DNA from: Antechinus flavipes
Lineage: Eukaryota
Direction of reading: 5' to 3'
NCBI RefSeq assembly: GCF_016432865.1
Contig: NC_067398.1
Location: 208,878,001-208,942,000, forward strand
Length of the DNA stretch: 64,000 nt
Position numbers and translations under genes: made by a program. The notes beneath the pieces were generated by a model that was not told where the DNA came from, did no database searches, and saw nothing but the letters and a program-made list of their open reading frames with translations. The stretch's first letter is position 1. Every line of letters starts with the position of its first letter. Shown piece after piece: positions 63,600 through 64,000 of this stretch.

Positions 63600-64000
63600 G
63601 ACTAGCAGTGAATTATCAGGACTATTTCTCTATGTTCCACTAATGCTGAATTTTTTTCTTATGTTCTTTCTTGCCTTGAGTCCCATAAAGTCCCCCAAAG
63701 TTGTTTTAATTTGCATTTCTCATTTTGTACCCTTTTTCAAATCATTGTTGATGATTTGTATTTCTTCTTTGATATCTGCATGTTTGTGGCCTTTTGTCAT
63801 TTATTTTGTAGTAAAGTTCTAGTTACTATAAATCTCTATAGATTTTGCATGACAAATTTTATCATAGAAGTTTAATAAAAGGATTTATTTTGCCATTCCT
63901 TATTTTTTCCTTTATTTTATATCCATTGCCTTTATTTCTGAAAAAGCTTTTATTTTTCTGCAGTTGAAATCATATATTTTGCCTTTTATTATTTCCTCAG
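63600..64000 (-). mobile_element. Old L1 ORF2 relic running off the window end
   Basis: 'gttgttttaatttgcatttctc...atttcttctttg...ccttttgtcattt' is homologous to 14975-15260. Confidence 0.7.

Noticed and set aside
63975-64000. Pyrimidine tract ending in CAG at the window edge as a splice acceptor
   Set aside because: It lies within an antisense L1 relic, and no downstream sequence is available to test it.
1-64000. tRNA, rRNA, snRNA, CRISPR or prokaryotic/phage systems
   Set aside because: None seen. The tRNA-like A/B-box motifs belong to SINE heads, and the DNA is mammalian.

Overview
Mammalian, repeat-dominated non-coding DNA, almost certainly marsupial. MAR1-like SINEs, a WSINE1-like SINE, RTE-family elements and dasyurid-type L1 3' ends suggest a dasyurid such as Tasmanian devil (inference, not verified). 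Three sized N-gaps indicate a scaffolded draft assembly. I recognise no intact protein-coding gene, RNA gene or CRISPR array, and I did not find a convincing novel biological system. The only gene-derived sequence I recognise is a decayed processed RPL31 pseudogene (minus strand, 39701-39954). The rest is L1, L2, L3/CR1, RTE, MIR/MAR1/WSINE1 SINEs, hAT DNA-transposon fossils, solo LTRs and microsatellites. The best observations are structural and checkable within the window: several insertions with intact TSDs, an L1 with a microhomology-bounded deletion of about 860 nt, a nested L1 tail-in-tail, a TSD-flanked atypical short SINE, a solo LTR with a 6-bp TSD, and a 1-kb hierarchical trinucleotide minisatellite. 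There are also candidate regulatory modules (RFX X-box plus CRE-like site; SOX/POU/MEIS motif cluster) and candidate unannotated exons. Repeat family names come from recalled consensus sequences, not a database search, and boundaries without TSDs are approximate.
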